Below are positions 1 through 10,623 of a stretch of 64,000 bases of DNA, one piece after another. Below the pieces are notes generated by a model. It ran no database searches. It had not been told where the DNA came from and saw only the letters and a program-made list of their open reading frames with translations. Made by a program: the position numbers and the translations under genes. The stretch covers positions 32,001 to 96,000 of the forward strand of contig CBDCLE010000002.1 of NCBI GenBank assembly GCA_965218585.1, in the 5' to 3' direction. The first letter of the stretch is position 1. Each line of letters starts with the position of its first letter. This stretch comes from Terriglobia bacterium. Its GTDB lineage: Bacteria > Acidobacteriota > Terriglobia > 20CM-2-55-15.

Positions 1-1389
1 CAGGCAAAGCACCCAAACCATGATTCCAACTATCGCTACGGGTATGCCGATCACGGTGATCATTGCCACCACAACGGCGACCGGAGTCGCAACCAGCACG
101 AGGAAACCTACACCTCCAGCCGTGACCAGTTGGCGTGGCGTATCGAGAGTCACAGTCCGAAGAACCGGCAGGAGCCAGAACAACAGCAGCCCCATTGTCA
201 GTGCAGCAACGATGCGGATCGCTTGTCCGACATAGAAAGGAACAGTGAGGAAATTACTGACTTCAGTCTCGATAATGTTGATATCTGTCTGGCCGCCAAC
301 GGAGGCGCCCGCGTCTACCTGAACCCGTTCTTCCGACCCTACGAAGGCTGTGAGGTTGCCGCCCACTCGACCCGGGGACTCGAGAGAAAACCGCGAGCCC
401 CTGAATCTGACGTTGTTGCCCACCTCTCCGGAAATATCCAGCCTCTCGCCGAACATCATGGCGTCATTGGAGACAACGCCATCTACAGACCCGGTAGCAC
501 CGAATATCAGAGCGTTTCCTTCGACCTGACCATTGCCGGTCACATCTACCGATTGACCAAAACCGTAAATATTCTGCCCGATCTCGCCGTCCGCCCGGAC
601 GTTCTGTGCAAATCCGAACACGCTTCCTTGAACAACCCCGGTGACTTCGATGCGCTGAGCTCCGGAGATCACATTACCAAGAACGGTCCCGCGTACGTTC
701 ACTTCCTGTCCCACTGCGATGAGGTCCCCGGTGACCGTGCCGTCGATATTGATAGTTTCGGCAGCCACAACCAACATGTCGTCCACAGTTTCGTTGGCCG
801 CTATCGTCACCGTCTGTTCGCCTGTTCTGATGTCCAGGGCGCCGCCGGGAGTCGCAAAAACCATCACGAACGCCAGTGTCCCTAAGACGAGGCTCGCACC
901 ACGGTAGCGTCGCGACAAACGAAACATCGCGAAGAATGCCAGGGCACCCGCGACGCTGAATGCTGCACTGTTTACGAGAGAAGTTATCATCGGTACTCCT
1001 TCAGCTGCTGCATACACAGTCAGGCCAGCCACAAGATTCAATTGACCCGACAGCTCGGACGGATCCAGCCAGGCGAGCGGGGCGGGCAGTTCTAAACCCG
1101 ACAGAATACCGAGCGCCACCTGCAGACCAACGGCAAGGCCCGACACAAGGGCCGCAAGCCAGAAGACACTCGGTTGTGCGGGCACATCCGACCAGGCAGG
1201 TTCCAACTCTTCTTCCCGGACGACCTCCTGGAAAGAGTGAACGAGCAGACGGTTCTCCGCGATCAATTCTGCTAACAGATCGCTGCAATGTGCGCATCCA
1301 TCCAGATGCCGAGACACCTCTTGTGTAGTTTCGGGGGACAATTCCGCATCCGCGTACAGCGCTATGTCGAACTCACTTGGACAGACCAC
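1..1389 (-). CDS. Membrane anti-sigma factor (zf-HC2) fused to a polymer-forming/beta-helical repeat domain; runs off the window edge
   Basis: Not in the ORF track; read by hand from GTG 1389 (RBS GGGAGAG, overlaps the sigma stop). MVCPSEFDIALYADAELSPETTQEVSRHLDGCAHC contains HxxxCxxC, followed by TM segments, repeats such as IDGTVTGDLIAVGQEVNVRGTVLGNV, then more TM helices. Confidence 0.8.
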   Translation of the reverse strand, partial: MVCPSEFDIALYADAELSPETTQEVSRHLDGCAHCSDLLAELIAENRLLVHSFQEVVREEELEPAWSDVPAQPSVFWLAALVSGLAVGLQVALGILSGLELPAPLAWLDPSELSGQLNLVAGLTVYAAAEGVPMITSLVNSAAFSVAGALAFFAMFRLSRRYRGASLVLGTLAFVMVFATPGGALDIRTGEQTVTIAANETVDDMLVVAAETINIDGTVTGDLIAVGQEVNVRGTVLGNVISGAQRIEVTGVVQGSVFGFAQNVRADGEIGQNIYGFGQSVDVTGNGQVEGNALIFGATGSVDGVVSNDAMMFGERLDISGEVGNNVRFRGSRFSLESPGRVGGNLTAFVGSEERVQVDAGASVGGQTDINIIETEVSNFLTVPFYVGQAIRIVAALTMGLLLFWLLPVLRTVTLDTPRQLVTAGGVGFLVLVATPVAVVVAMITVIGIPVAIVGIMVWVLCL

Positions 1390-1915
1390 TTTTGCTCTCC
1401 CTTTCAAATTTTTCCCGCAGTAATCGTTTTCCACGAAAAATCAGCGTTCCGACCGCCTTCGGATTTATCTGCAAAGCCGCACCGATCTCCTCGTAGCTAA
1501 ACTCCGAGTAATAGGCCAAGACCAGAGGCACTCTATATTTGGCTGGCAATGCTTCCAATGCGCGGCGGACGTCCCTGCCCCGCTCATTCGATAACAGCTG
1601 ACCGAGTGGGCCGGGAGCGGGTGAGCCTGGATCGAGGGAATCGGTGGCCTCGGGATGAAACAGCCGCCTTTCCAGGTTTCGACGACGCAACACATCGACG
1701 CAGTAATTCGTAGCTATCCCCAAGAGCCAGCTGGACATAGGGCGGGACGGATCGTAGCTCGCCAGCTTCCGTTGTGCGCGGAGGAAAACTTCCTGGGCAG
1801 CGTCCTCCGCTCCAGTTGTTGATTGGAGGAGATAGCGACACAGGACCAGCACCCGTCGATAATGCTCCTCGTAGATGTCGGCAAACTCGATTTCAAGCCG
1901 CATGGGCGCTTCCAT
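1373..1915 (-). CDS. ECF RNA polymerase sigma factor (SigW/RpoE-like)
   Basis: Region 2 AEDAAQEVFLRA..SWLLGIATNYC and region 4 LPAKYRVPLVLAYYSEFSYEEIG..VGTLIFRGK. Start is 1915 or 1903. Confidence 0.92.
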   Translation of the reverse strand: MEAPMRLEIEFADIYEEHYRRVLVLCRYLLQSTTGAEDAAQEVFLRAQRKLASYDPSRPMSSWLLGIATNYCVDVLRRRNLERRLFHPEATDSLDPGSPAPGPLGQLLSNERGRDVRRALEALPAKYRVPLVLAYYSEFSYEEIGAALQINPKAVGTLIFRGKRLLREKFERESKSGLSK

Positions 1916-2095
1916 AATTCCGTACACACTACTACTACGAAGCACGGGGAAGAAAATTGCACGAAAAGTTGGACTAAATTCGGAAACCTGCGGGTTTGTA
2001 CTTTTTCTCAGCCGAGTCGAATCGACACCCCGTTAGAAGGGCGGTGCGCTTGACCCCGCATCCCTCCGGTGGTAGCTTTTCTGTTCGACATTGTT

Positions 2096-2203
2096 TTGCA
2101 TCGAGAGTGGCTGAGGGACGGGCCCGAAGACGCCACGGCAACCGGCGCAGACGCGCGGCAGGTGCTAATTCCCGCAGGTCCGGTAGGGACCTGGGAGATG
2201 CGA
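2096..2203 (+). ncRNA. SAM-I (S-box) riboswitch
   Basis: Consensus elements in order: GCATCGAGAG-TGGC-TGAGGGACGGGCCC-GAAGACGCCA-CGGCAACC...GGTGCTAATTCC...GGGAGATGC. P1 is GCATC/GATGC. It lies upstream of a Met/Cys PLP lyase. Confidence 0.92.
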
Positions 2204-2222
2204 TAAACGGCGAGTATGCCGC

Positions 2223-2248
2223 ACCGCCTCTCCCGAGGCGGTTTTTTT
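2223..2248 (+). terminator. Intrinsic terminator (riboswitch expression platform)
   Basis: ACCGCCTC-TCCC-GAGGCGGT followed by a T run, between the aptamer and the start codon. Confidence 0.85.
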
Positions 2249-2297
2249 GTGCTATCTGAGTTCCCTACCGGAGAGGCAAGCGCAAAGGAGAACGCCA

Positions 2298-3503
2298 ATG
2301 GCGAGCGGCAACGGACAAGACGACCAGCATCCGCACAGCGGGATTTCAACCCGCTCGGTGCGGGGCGGTGAGCGCCGGCATAAGGGGGAAGACTCACTGA
2401 CGACCCCTATTTTTCAAACCGCGACCTTCACCTTCGAAGATTCCAAGGAGGTACGAGCCTACAACGCAGGCGAGAAGCAGCGATATGAGTATGGACGGTA
2501 TGGCAACCCGACCGTACGCGCGTGCGAACTGAAGATCGCATCTCTCGAAGGGGCAGAGGACGCGCTGTTGTTTCCGACCGGGATGAGCGCGATCGTCAAC
2601 ACGATGCTCGCGATCCTTCGCGCCGGACACCACTGCATCCTGTTCGAAGACTGTTACCGCAACACGAAAAAGTTCTGTGACAGGTACCTTTCGAAATACG
2701 ACGTGGACCTCTCGTTTGTCCGAGCAGGCGACTACGACCAGCTTGAGCAAGAGATAAAGGACAACACGCGTGTGATCATCGGCGAGTCGCCCACCAATCC
2801 GCACCTGCGCGTGTCCGATGTCCCGCGCATTGTCGAGATCGCCAAAGCGAATGGGGTGAACTTCCTGCTGGACAGTACACTCGCCACACCCTACAACCAG
2901 AGGCCTTATGAGTACGGCGTCAAGTTTGTCCTGCATTCTGCAACGAAATACCTGAACGGCCATAACGACCTGCTTGGAGGGGTGCTCGTCGGCGCTGCAC
3001 CCCAGATTGATGCGGTGCGAACGTTCTGCCACACCGTCGGGAGCGCTCCCGATCCTCATCAGGCATGGATGATCCTGCGCGGACTGAAAACTTTCGCTGT
3101 GCGTATGGAACGACACAACAGCAACGCCCTCGCCGTCGCCGAATGGCTCGACCAGCATCCGAAGGTGGAAAAGGTGTGGTATCCGGGATTGCGGTCACAC
3201 CCCGACCATGCCGTCGCCAAGAGTCAGATGCACGGTTTCGGAGGAATGGTGTCGTTTGAGGCGAAGGGCGATGAAGCCGAGACTTTGCGGTTTGTCGACT
3301 CGCTTGACCTCTGGTTGCTGGGACCCAGCATGGGTGGAGTCGAATCCCTTGCCAGCCATCCCGCGACCGTCAGTTACTACGAACTCAATCGCGAGGAACG
3401 CTACCGCATCGGCATCTATGACAACCTCGTCCGTCTCGCCGTGGGCATCGAAGACGTCGAGGACCTGATCGGTGATCTCGACCAGGCGCTGGGGAAGATG
3501 TAG
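2298..3503 (+). CDS. metB: Cystathionine gamma-synthase/gamma-lyase family PLP enzyme
   Basis: TPIFQTATF, YGRYGNPT, PLP-lysine motif HSATKYLNGH, GFGGMVSF, LVRLAVGIED. RBS AAAGGAG precedes ATG 2298. Exact specificity (MetB/MetC/MGL) is uncertain. Confidence 0.85.
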   Translation: MASGNGQDDQHPHSGISTRSVRGGERRHKGEDSLTTPIFQTATFTFEDSKEVRAYNAGEKQRYEYGRYGNPTVRACELKIASLEGAEDALLFPTGMSAIVNTMLAILRAGHHCILFEDCYRNTKKFCDRYLSKYDVDLSFVRAGDYDQLEQEIKDNTRVIIGESPTNPHLRVSDVPRIVEIAKANGVNFLLDSTLATPYNQRPYEYGVKFVLHSATKYLNGHNDLLGGVLVGAAPQIDAVRTFCHTVGSAPDPHQAWMILRGLKTFAVRMERHNSNALAVAEWLDQHPKVEKVWYPGLRSHPDHAVAKSQMHGFGGMVSFEAKGDEAETLRFVDSLDLWLLGPSMGGVESLASHPATVSYYELNREERYRIGIYDNLVRLAVGIEDVEDLIGDLDQALGKM

Positions 3504-3514
3504 TTGTGTAGCCC

Positions 3515-3895
3515 TCACCCACCGGACGAGAGGGCCGCTCTGATGTGCCCAAGATGCGTTCGGTTGTGATCGGCGACTTTATCGAACTCGTCCTTCAGGG
3601 TCCGGACCCCCGTCTCGCTGTGCACGAACTCGCGGCGATGACTTTCCGGGTAGTGAAGGTTCGCGAAGTAAATAATTTCTTCGCGCGTAATCCTGTAGAG
3701 CTCCCTGGACAACTCCAACGGTCGGTCACCATAGTTTAGATTTTTCGCCCAGGCGTCTTGATCGAACGCCCAGATGAGGGGGCGCGGCTCGCTGATCACA
3801 CGCCGGATCCGATCGAAAAGGACGGTCTCTGCATCGGACAGATGATGCAGTATTTCCCGCACACTCCATTTACCCGGACCGTAGCGCATCCCTAG
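3515..3895 (-). pseudogene. DinB/YfiT family protein, 5' end lost at the IS1182 junction
   Basis: RYGPGKWSVREILHHLSDAE...ADHNRTHLGHI. The frame runs into CTAG and the IS end with no native N-terminus. Confidence 0.8.
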
Positions 3896-5445
3896 GAGCC
3901 TGCGCCGTAGGAAGTGAATGAGATAATAGTGTCGCAGTTAGGAGGAGAATGCGATGCCGACGACGTTTCGCCCGTACCAGCCGGAGCAGGGGTTGCTGCT
4001 GGCGCCGGATATACGGGATTGGTTGCCGGAGGGGCACTTGGCACACCATGTGAGCGATCTGGTGGACGGATTGGACTTGACGGCGTTTTACGCGCCTTAC
4101 GAGGGGGACGGTCGTCGCAAGTCGCCGTATGAGCCGCGGATGATGGCGAAGGTGCTGATCTACGGGTACGCGACGGGGGTGTTTTCGTCCCGAGGGCTGG
4201 CGCGGAAGCTGGAGGAGGACGTGGCATTTCGGGTGTTGGCGGCGGGGAATTTTCCGAGCCATCGGACGATTTGCGAGTTTCGCCGGCGTCATTTGTCGGA
4301 TTTCAAGGCGCTGTTTGTGGAGGTGGTCGGTCTGGCGCGCGAGACCGGGGTTGGGAACTTCGGCAAGTTGTCGATCGACGGGACGAAGGTTCGAGCCAAT
4401 GCCAGCAAGCGCAAGGCGATGAGTTACGGTCGGATGCAGGAGGAGGAGCGGCGCCTGGAGGGCGAGATCGAAGCGTTGCTGTCGCGCGCGCGGGAGACCG
4501 ATGCGGCGGAGGACGCGCGTTTCGGGGAGGCGCATCGCGGCGATGAGTTACCCGAGGAGTTGCGCCGCCGGGAGGATCGGCTGGCGGCGATCCGGGCGGC
4601 CAGGGCGCGATTGGAGGCCAGGCAACGGGAGGCCGACGAGGCGCGGGGACGCGAGCCCGGTTCGAAGCGCAACCGGAAGAGCGGGCGGCCCTACAAGCGG
4701 GAATACGGCGAGCCGGACGAGAAGGCGCAGGACAACTTCACCGATCCCGAAAGCCGGATCATGAAGACCTCATCGGAGGGTTTTCAGCAGTGCTACAACG
4801 CGCAGGTGGCGGTGGAGGGAGAGAAGCAGTTGATCGTCGCCACCGAGGTGTCGTCGAACGCCAGCGACCAGGGTCGGCTGGTCCCGTTGGTGGACGAGGT
4901 GGAGGCCACCCATGGGGAACGGCCCGAGACGGTGCTGGCGGATGCGGGCTACTGCAACGAGGACGACCTGGAGGCGCTGGAGGCGCGCGGCGTGGACGGC
5001 TATGTGGCCTTGGGCCGGGAGGGCCGGCGCGCGGTCGCGGTAGACGCCGCCAGGCATCCGGCGAAGGCCCGCATGGCCGAGAAGCTGTCGATGGAGGCGG
5101 GACGGGTGCAGTACGCCCAGCGCAAATGGCTGTCGGAGGCGCCCAACGGGTGGATCAAGGAGGTGCTCGGCTTCCGCCGATTCAGCCTGCGCGGCCTGAA
5201 CAAGGTCCAGGGCGAGTGGAACTTGGTGTGTCTGGCATTGAACGTCAAGCGGATGCAGGGGCTTCAGGCAGCCTGATGACAGGGATACCGCCCGCAAATC
5301 AGGCCGAACGAGGGTCGATTCAAGCACCCGTGGCGCACCCATCGGCGCCTCGTCGTCCAAAACGCCCATTCCCCGGTCACCGATACCGATCAATCGCCAT
5401 ATCGCGAAATTCGCCGAGTCGAAAATCGTCCTACGGCGCAGGCTC
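3896..5445 (+). mobile_element. IS1182-family insertion sequence
   Basis: Terminal IRs GAGCCTGCGCCGTAGGA / TCCTACGGCGCAGGCTC, with CTAG on both sides (3892-3895, 5446-5449). Confidence 0.92.
3954..5276 (+). CDS. IS1182 DDE transposase
   Basis: WLPEGHLA, IDGTKVRANAS, NFTDPESRIM, LADAGY, LGFRRFSLRG. Confidence 0.95.
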   Translation: MPTTFRPYQPEQGLLLAPDIRDWLPEGHLAHHVSDLVDGLDLTAFYAPYEGDGRRKSPYEPRMMAKVLIYGYATGVFSSRGLARKLEEDVAFRVLAAGNFPSHRTICEFRRRHLSDFKALFVEVVGLARETGVGNFGKLSIDGTKVRANASKRKAMSYGRMQEEERRLEGEIEALLSRARETDAAEDARFGEAHRGDELPEELRRREDRLAAIRAARARLEARQREADEARGREPGSKRNRKSGRPYKREYGEPDEKAQDNFTDPESRIMKTSSEGFQQCYNAQVAVEGEKQLIVATEVSSNASDQGRLVPLVDEVEATHGERPETVLADAGYCNEDDLEALEARGVDGYVALGREGRRAVAVDAARHPAKARMAEKLSMEAGRVQYAQRKWLSEAPNGWIKEVLGFRRFSLRGLNKVQGEWNLVCLALNVKRMQGLQAA

Positions 5446-5449
5446 CTAG

Positions 5450-7186
5450 CCCGCATATTTCACCGATAGGACCAGAAAAGGCCGCCCTGTCTGGCATAAA
5501 GCGTTTTGAAATAAACGTTTAACAAGCCAAACGGAGACGGCCCTTATGAGAACAGAGTGTAACCAAACGACGTTCGAATTTCACGGACTTCTTCAACGAA
5601 AAGTGAAGGCGCGTTTTGACGGCGGAAAGATCACCTCCGACGCTGGGGTTCTGCTGTTGAGGGAAGTGGAAAAGCGAACGGGTCTGATCGCCGGACTGGC
5701 CGAGTGTTTCAGGGATTACCGGGACGCGAGGTTGATCGAACACACGGTGAGCGAGTTATTGGGGCAGCGCGTCTACGGACTCTGTCTGGGCTACGAGGAT
5801 CTGAACGATCATGACCAACTGCGGACCGATCCGATGCTGGCCGTGGCGGTGGATAAGGCCGATCCACTGGGGGAGAAGCGGCGGCAGGCCCGAGACCGGG
5901 GAAAAGCGTTGGCGGGCAAGTGTACGCTGAACCGGTTGGAACTGACCGGGGAGCAAGTCGATGGGAAGGAGCGGTACAAGAAGATTGCCATGGACCCGGA
6001 CAAGATCGACCGCTGGATGGTGGATGCATTTGTGGCGGCTCACGGATCGGCGCCCGAGGAGATTGTTCTGGACCTGGATGCGACCGATGATCCGATCCAT
6101 GGCCATCAGGAAGGACGGTTCTTTCACGGCTACTACGGCAACTACTGTTATCTGCCGCTCTACATCTTTTCGGGAGAGCATCTGCTATGCGCCCGGTTGC
6201 GGTGCTCCAATGTCGACGGTGCGGACGGCGCCGTCGAGGAATTGAACCGCATCATCGGCCAGATCCGGCAGAGCTGGCCGGAGGTGTCGATTATCATCCG
6301 GTCCGCCTCGGGCTTTTGCCGGGATGAATTGCTGAGTTGGTGCGAGGCCCACCAGGTCGATTACGTGGTGGGTCTGGCCAAGAACGATCGGCTCAAGCGC
6401 GAGATCGCTGAATCGATGAGTCAGGCCGAAGCCGAGTTTAACGACACCGGGAAACCGGCGCGGGTGTTTAACGATTTCCGGTATCGCACTCGGAAGAGCT
6501 GGACCTGCACCCGACGCGTCATCGGCAAGGCCGAGTTCCTGGAGAAAGGCGCCAATCCTCGATTCGTTGTGACCTCACTGTCGCCGGAACGCCTGGACGC
6601 CCGCGCCCTCTATGAAGACTTTTACTGTGCGCGGGGCGACATGGAAAATCGCATCAAGGAACAGCAGTTGGATCTATTCGCCGACCGGACCAGCGCGGCA
6701 ACCATGCGCGCCAATCAACTCCGGCTCTATCTGTCCTCGGCCGCCTACATGCTCCTGCACGCGTTACGCCGTCTGGGACTGAAGAATACCGATCTGGCCC
6801 GCGCTCAGTGCCAGACGATCCGCTTGAAGCTCCTCAAGATCGGAGCTCAAGTCCGTCTGACGGTTCGCAACATCTGGATCTCCATGTCGGAAGCCTATCC
6901 CTACGCCGAGGTCTTTGCCCTCGTCCATCGAAACCTGCAGGCGCTTCCTCTGCGCTGCTGAGAACCGACCCGATCCCCTGCGCCAAAATCGACTCGCTCT
7001 TTTCGGCTCCGCCGAGGTTTGTCTCAGTGCGTTTCGTCACCCTCTTCTGAACCCGAAAACGCAGCAACTCCCGCTTGTCGACACCGCCGAGTCACGCCAC
7101 ACATGCCCAATTCGAACCCAGATCCTCCCGAATCCGATTCTTACTGCCCAAATCCCCCTGATCGCCGGACTGGTGAAACATGCGGG
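5450..7186 (+). mobile_element. IS1380-family insertion sequence, copy 1 (1737 bp)
   Basis: IRs CCCGCATATTTCACC / GGTGAAACATGCGGG with CTAG flanks; near-identical to 12153..13889. Confidence 0.95.
5546..6961 (+). CDS. IS1380 transposase (RADSGF motif altered to RSASGF)
   Basis: FDGGKITSDAG, LDLDATDD, RGDMENRIKE. It differs from copy 2 at the RADSGF aspartate. Confidence 0.93.
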   Translation: MRTECNQTTFEFHGLLQRKVKARFDGGKITSDAGVLLLREVEKRTGLIAGLAECFRDYRDARLIEHTVSELLGQRVYGLCLGYEDLNDHDQLRTDPMLAVAVDKADPLGEKRRQARDRGKALAGKCTLNRLELTGEQVDGKERYKKIAMDPDKIDRWMVDAFVAAHGSAPEEIVLDLDATDDPIHGHQEGRFFHGYYGNYCYLPLYIFSGEHLLCARLRCSNVDGADGAVEELNRIIGQIRQSWPEVSIIIRSASGFCRDELLSWCEAHQVDYVVGLAKNDRLKREIAESMSQAEAEFNDTGKPARVFNDFRYRTRKSWTCTRRVIGKAEFLEKGANPRFVVTSLSPERLDARALYEDFYCARGDMENRIKEQQLDLFADRTSAATMRANQLRLYLSSAAYMLLHALRRLGLKNTDLARAQCQTIRLKLLKIGAQVRLTVRNIWISMSEAYPYAEVFALVHRNLQALPLRC

Positions 7187-7190
7187 CTAG

Positions 7191-9571
7191 GTCCGGACAC
7201 CCGGTGGGAGTCAGTGTTGAACTCAGGTCTCGGGCCGCGGGAGGGCATTCCTGACCTCTCCGAATCCCTGGAGATCGCCCAGCGGTTCCAGACTGAATAT
7301 GAGGATCTGACAGCAGCGGCTGTGCTAGAGCCGCTTCAGGGTCAGCTAAGGGATCGGGTAGTCGAACTCAGACTTCAAATTCAAGACGCCGTGGATGCGT
7401 ATCAGGAACAGCGATTCGGAGAGAGCGCCCAGATACTGATGTCACTTCGGCCTGATGCCGTTGCTCTCGGTTCCGAGTTCGATCGGCTATGGATAGATCT
7501 GAACCGTGCCCAAGCCCTCACCTGGATACCAAATCTGGCTGAAGCCAAGCAACTTCTGGACTCAGTCGCAGAATCTGCACGATCAAGCGGGTTCAAGTGG
7601 CTGCTGGCCGAATCTCTGACTGCGTACGGAGGGCATCCCGGACTTTCCGATAGCCCTCAAGAGCTCATTGATCGGCTCAAAGAGGCAATCCGACTATATG
7701 AATCTATTGCAGCGCAGACTGACTCCACGCGCGCTCGCTTCTATCTTGCAACGATTCTTTTCGCAGAAGGCAGTGCGGCAGAAAGTTTCAGTGCGGCGAG
7801 CCAAGCTCTGTCACTGACGCCGACAGACGCCCACAGCCGCCTGTACCAGCACTATTGGATTACGAGCCTCAATCCACTCGTCCAAGGCGGCAACTTAGAA
7901 CTTAAGTACCAGAATGAAACAGCCACAAAAGCCGTGTTGGCAGAACGTTCAGACGGAGTGGCATACGCCAACATGAAGCTGGCACAGCTCCACGAACGGA
8001 ATTCGAATCTGGATCAAACCGACCGCCACATGCGAATCGCCGAAGATGCCGTTCAGGAGATTGAGTCGGAATTCCTCCAACAACTTGTTGATACCGATCT
8101 CAGGCTCGCCAAGGCCGAAATTCTCAGAGGCCGTGAGCAACCGTCCGCAGCGGAACAACTCTTATCGGAAGGCCTGAACCTGCTGACACAAGTTGGCGTC
8201 GAGGTGTTCTATGAACAGCGATACAGAATGGAACTTGCCCTAGGCTACGGCCAGACAGGTGAAATGGACACGGCGAGCACACAGTTCAGCCTTGCTATCG
8301 AAGCGGTCGAAAAAGAAGACAGTACACTCGACTCTCAGGCAAGGCTGATGTTCGACGAACAGCGACGGGAGGTCTACGAGGCGGCAATCAACTTCGAGTT
8401 CGGACGGGGTGACGTGGACGCCGCAAGAAGCTACGCCCGACGCTACCGGACGAAACTGCTGACCGAGGCGGTGGAACAATACGCGGCGGATGATGGGGCC
8501 TTCACATCGCGTGTCGCTGCAATTCGCGAGGGGCTGGGCGAGCTCGGCGACGGGCGTATCCTTGAATATACGTTGCTCGAGGAACGTCTCCTGATATGGG
8601 TCAGATCCAGGGACGGCGTAGATGGCCGCTCCTATCCTATCCCCCGGAATGACCTGCAGGAAAAGGTAGAACAGTTTCTGTCCCTGATGCGCGACCTCGA
8701 CGGCGGCGACCGATTAGACTCCCTGGGCAGAGACCTCTATGACATTCTTGTCGGTCCCGTCGTCGATCTGCTGGAAGGAGCCACCTCGATCACTATCGTT
8801 CCGGATCGTATGCTCCATCGATTGCCCTTTGCGGCCCTCCGCTCACGGAACGATCGCTACCTGATCGAAGACTACGTTCTGGTTGAAACGTTGAATGCAC
8901 CCTACTTCCTGGATCTGCCAGCAGGTGACGGCCCTGGGATGCTGGTGTCTGTGGGTTCCCAGGAACAGAATTCTTCAATCCGAGTAGAGCTTGCTCGTAT
9001 GGGTGAGATCTACCCGGACATCAGTTCTTTTGACGGTGTTGAAGTCAATCGCACCCTCTTCCTGGATGCCATGAACGGCGCCAGCTTGTTCCACTACGCC
9101 GGTCACTCCGCACTCGATGGTTCGAATTCCCTTTCGTCATCGATTCTCCTCGACGGCAACTTTGAAGGACCGAATAGCGTCACGGCATCAGAGATAGTAG
9201 ACCGACGGTTGGCGACGAACGCACTTGTCGTTCTGGCTTCCTGCGACTCTTCTGTGGGGAATTCTATCGGGGGTGTGGGGTTTCGTGGTCTGACCTCGGC
9301 GTTCCTGGTCGCGGGGGCGGGATCGGTTGTCGGATCGCTGTGGCCCGTCGAAAGCACAGCTACAACCCAACTCATGCTATGGTTCCACCGCGATCTGGCC
9401 GCCGGTGTACCTATCGCCGAGGCCCTCCGAACAGCCCAACTCTCGCTGCTGGCCCAACGCTCTCATCCTTACTTCTGGTCCGGCTTTACAGTCACCGGCA
9501 ACCGCAGCGCGCTGGAACCCGCCGGGTTTCTCTCCCAACCCGCTACGGCAGCAGCAGGACCTTTCCTGTAG
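7191..9571 (+). pseudogene. TPR/CHAT-domain protein, N-terminally truncated by IS1380
   Basis: IVPDRMLHRLPFAAL, catalytic His in FHYAGHS, Cys in VLASCDS, AGAGSVVGSLWPV, HPYFWSGF. The track ORF starts inside the IS. Confidence 0.85.
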
Positions 9572-10509
9572 TTTTTCGTCCCTCCAGTGCCTTGTGCGCC
9601 TCGGCGGCTTCCGAAAGAGGATAGGTCTTCTCGATACGAAGCTTGAGCTCTCCAGCCTTATACCAGCGCAACAGATCGTTGGTCCGGGCAAAAAGTTCCT
9701 CACGGCTGGAAACATAGTTCAGCATGCTCGGCCGCGTCACAAACAATGCCTTCGGCCCCAGAGTGTTGACGCTGAAGGCATCGACCGGACCGCTGGACTG
9801 ACCGTAAGAGACCATATAGCCGCGCGGACGGAGGCAATTCAGACTACCTTGAAAAGTCGTTTGACCCACGGAGTCGTACGCAACATCAACACCGGCGCCA
9901 TCAGTGAATCGTTTAATCTCGGATTCGAAGTCCTTCTCGGTATAAAGGATGACCTCATCTGCGCCTGCCTCTCGCACCAACGCCGCCTTTTCCTCAGTTG
10001 AAACCGTGCCGTAAACGGTAGCTCCCTTCTTCTTTGCAATCTGAGTCAGCAAGAGTCCGACCCCGCCGGCCGCGGCATGCACGAGTGCCTTGTGACTCGA
10101 TTTCAACTGAAACGTCGAATAGCAGAGGTAGTGGGCCGTCAAAACCCTGGAGCATGATGGCAGCCCCGGCCTGGGCGTCCATGCCGTCGGGAAGAGTGAC
10201 GAGCTTCCACCCATCTACGGCTTGAAGTTCAGCGTAGGAACCCCGTGACATCGCGTAAGCGACCCGGTCGCCGACCTTGACTCCCTTAACTCCCTCACCC
10301 ACGGCGGTGACCGTCCCGGCAGCTTCAGAGCCGGGTATCAGTGGAGGATCGACGTGATAAAGCCCTGTCCGATGGTAAACGTCTATAAAGTTGACTCCGA
10401 TCGCCTCAACACGGACAACGGCTTGGCCTGCCTGTGGTTCAGGTTCCGGAACATCTTCGTAGGTGAGGACCTCGGGCCCTCCATGCTGATGCACTCGAAT
10501 CGCTTTCAT
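9543..10509 (-). pseudogene. qor: NADPH:quinone oxidoreductase (zeta-crystallin type), frameshifted near 10142
   Basis: MKAIRVHQHGGPEVL..GVNFID in one frame and [24 protein letters not shown] in another. One extra T in GGTTTTGAC; may be a sequencing error. Confidence 0.85.
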
Positions 10510-10623
10510 AATGCGGTTACGTTAGGGTAATTCGACCGTCGCGGTCAATGGCTTCCGGAAAATTGCAATCCCTCTGTCTCTTCTGAAGCAGTCAGCTCAG
10601 TGCGCTGATGACTAACGTCTTCT

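Noticed and set aside
130-885. 251-aa plus-strand ORF and other long overlapping ORFs (e.g. 32119..33198, 45210..46289, 45737..46855, 3870..4535)
   Set aside because: Antisense shadows of recognisable genes in GC-rich DNA, with no motifs of their own.
7019-7190. N-terminal 57 aa of the 850-aa ORF (likewise the N-termini of ORFs 51172..52530 and 40289..41113)
   Set aside because: These lie inside IS ends; they are chance read-through and not native sequence.
7191-9571. TPR-CHAT as a CRISPR type III-E (Craspase) or gasdermin-activating protease
   Set aside because: No cas genes, array or gasdermin-like gene is nearby; the gene is truncated and its original context is lost.
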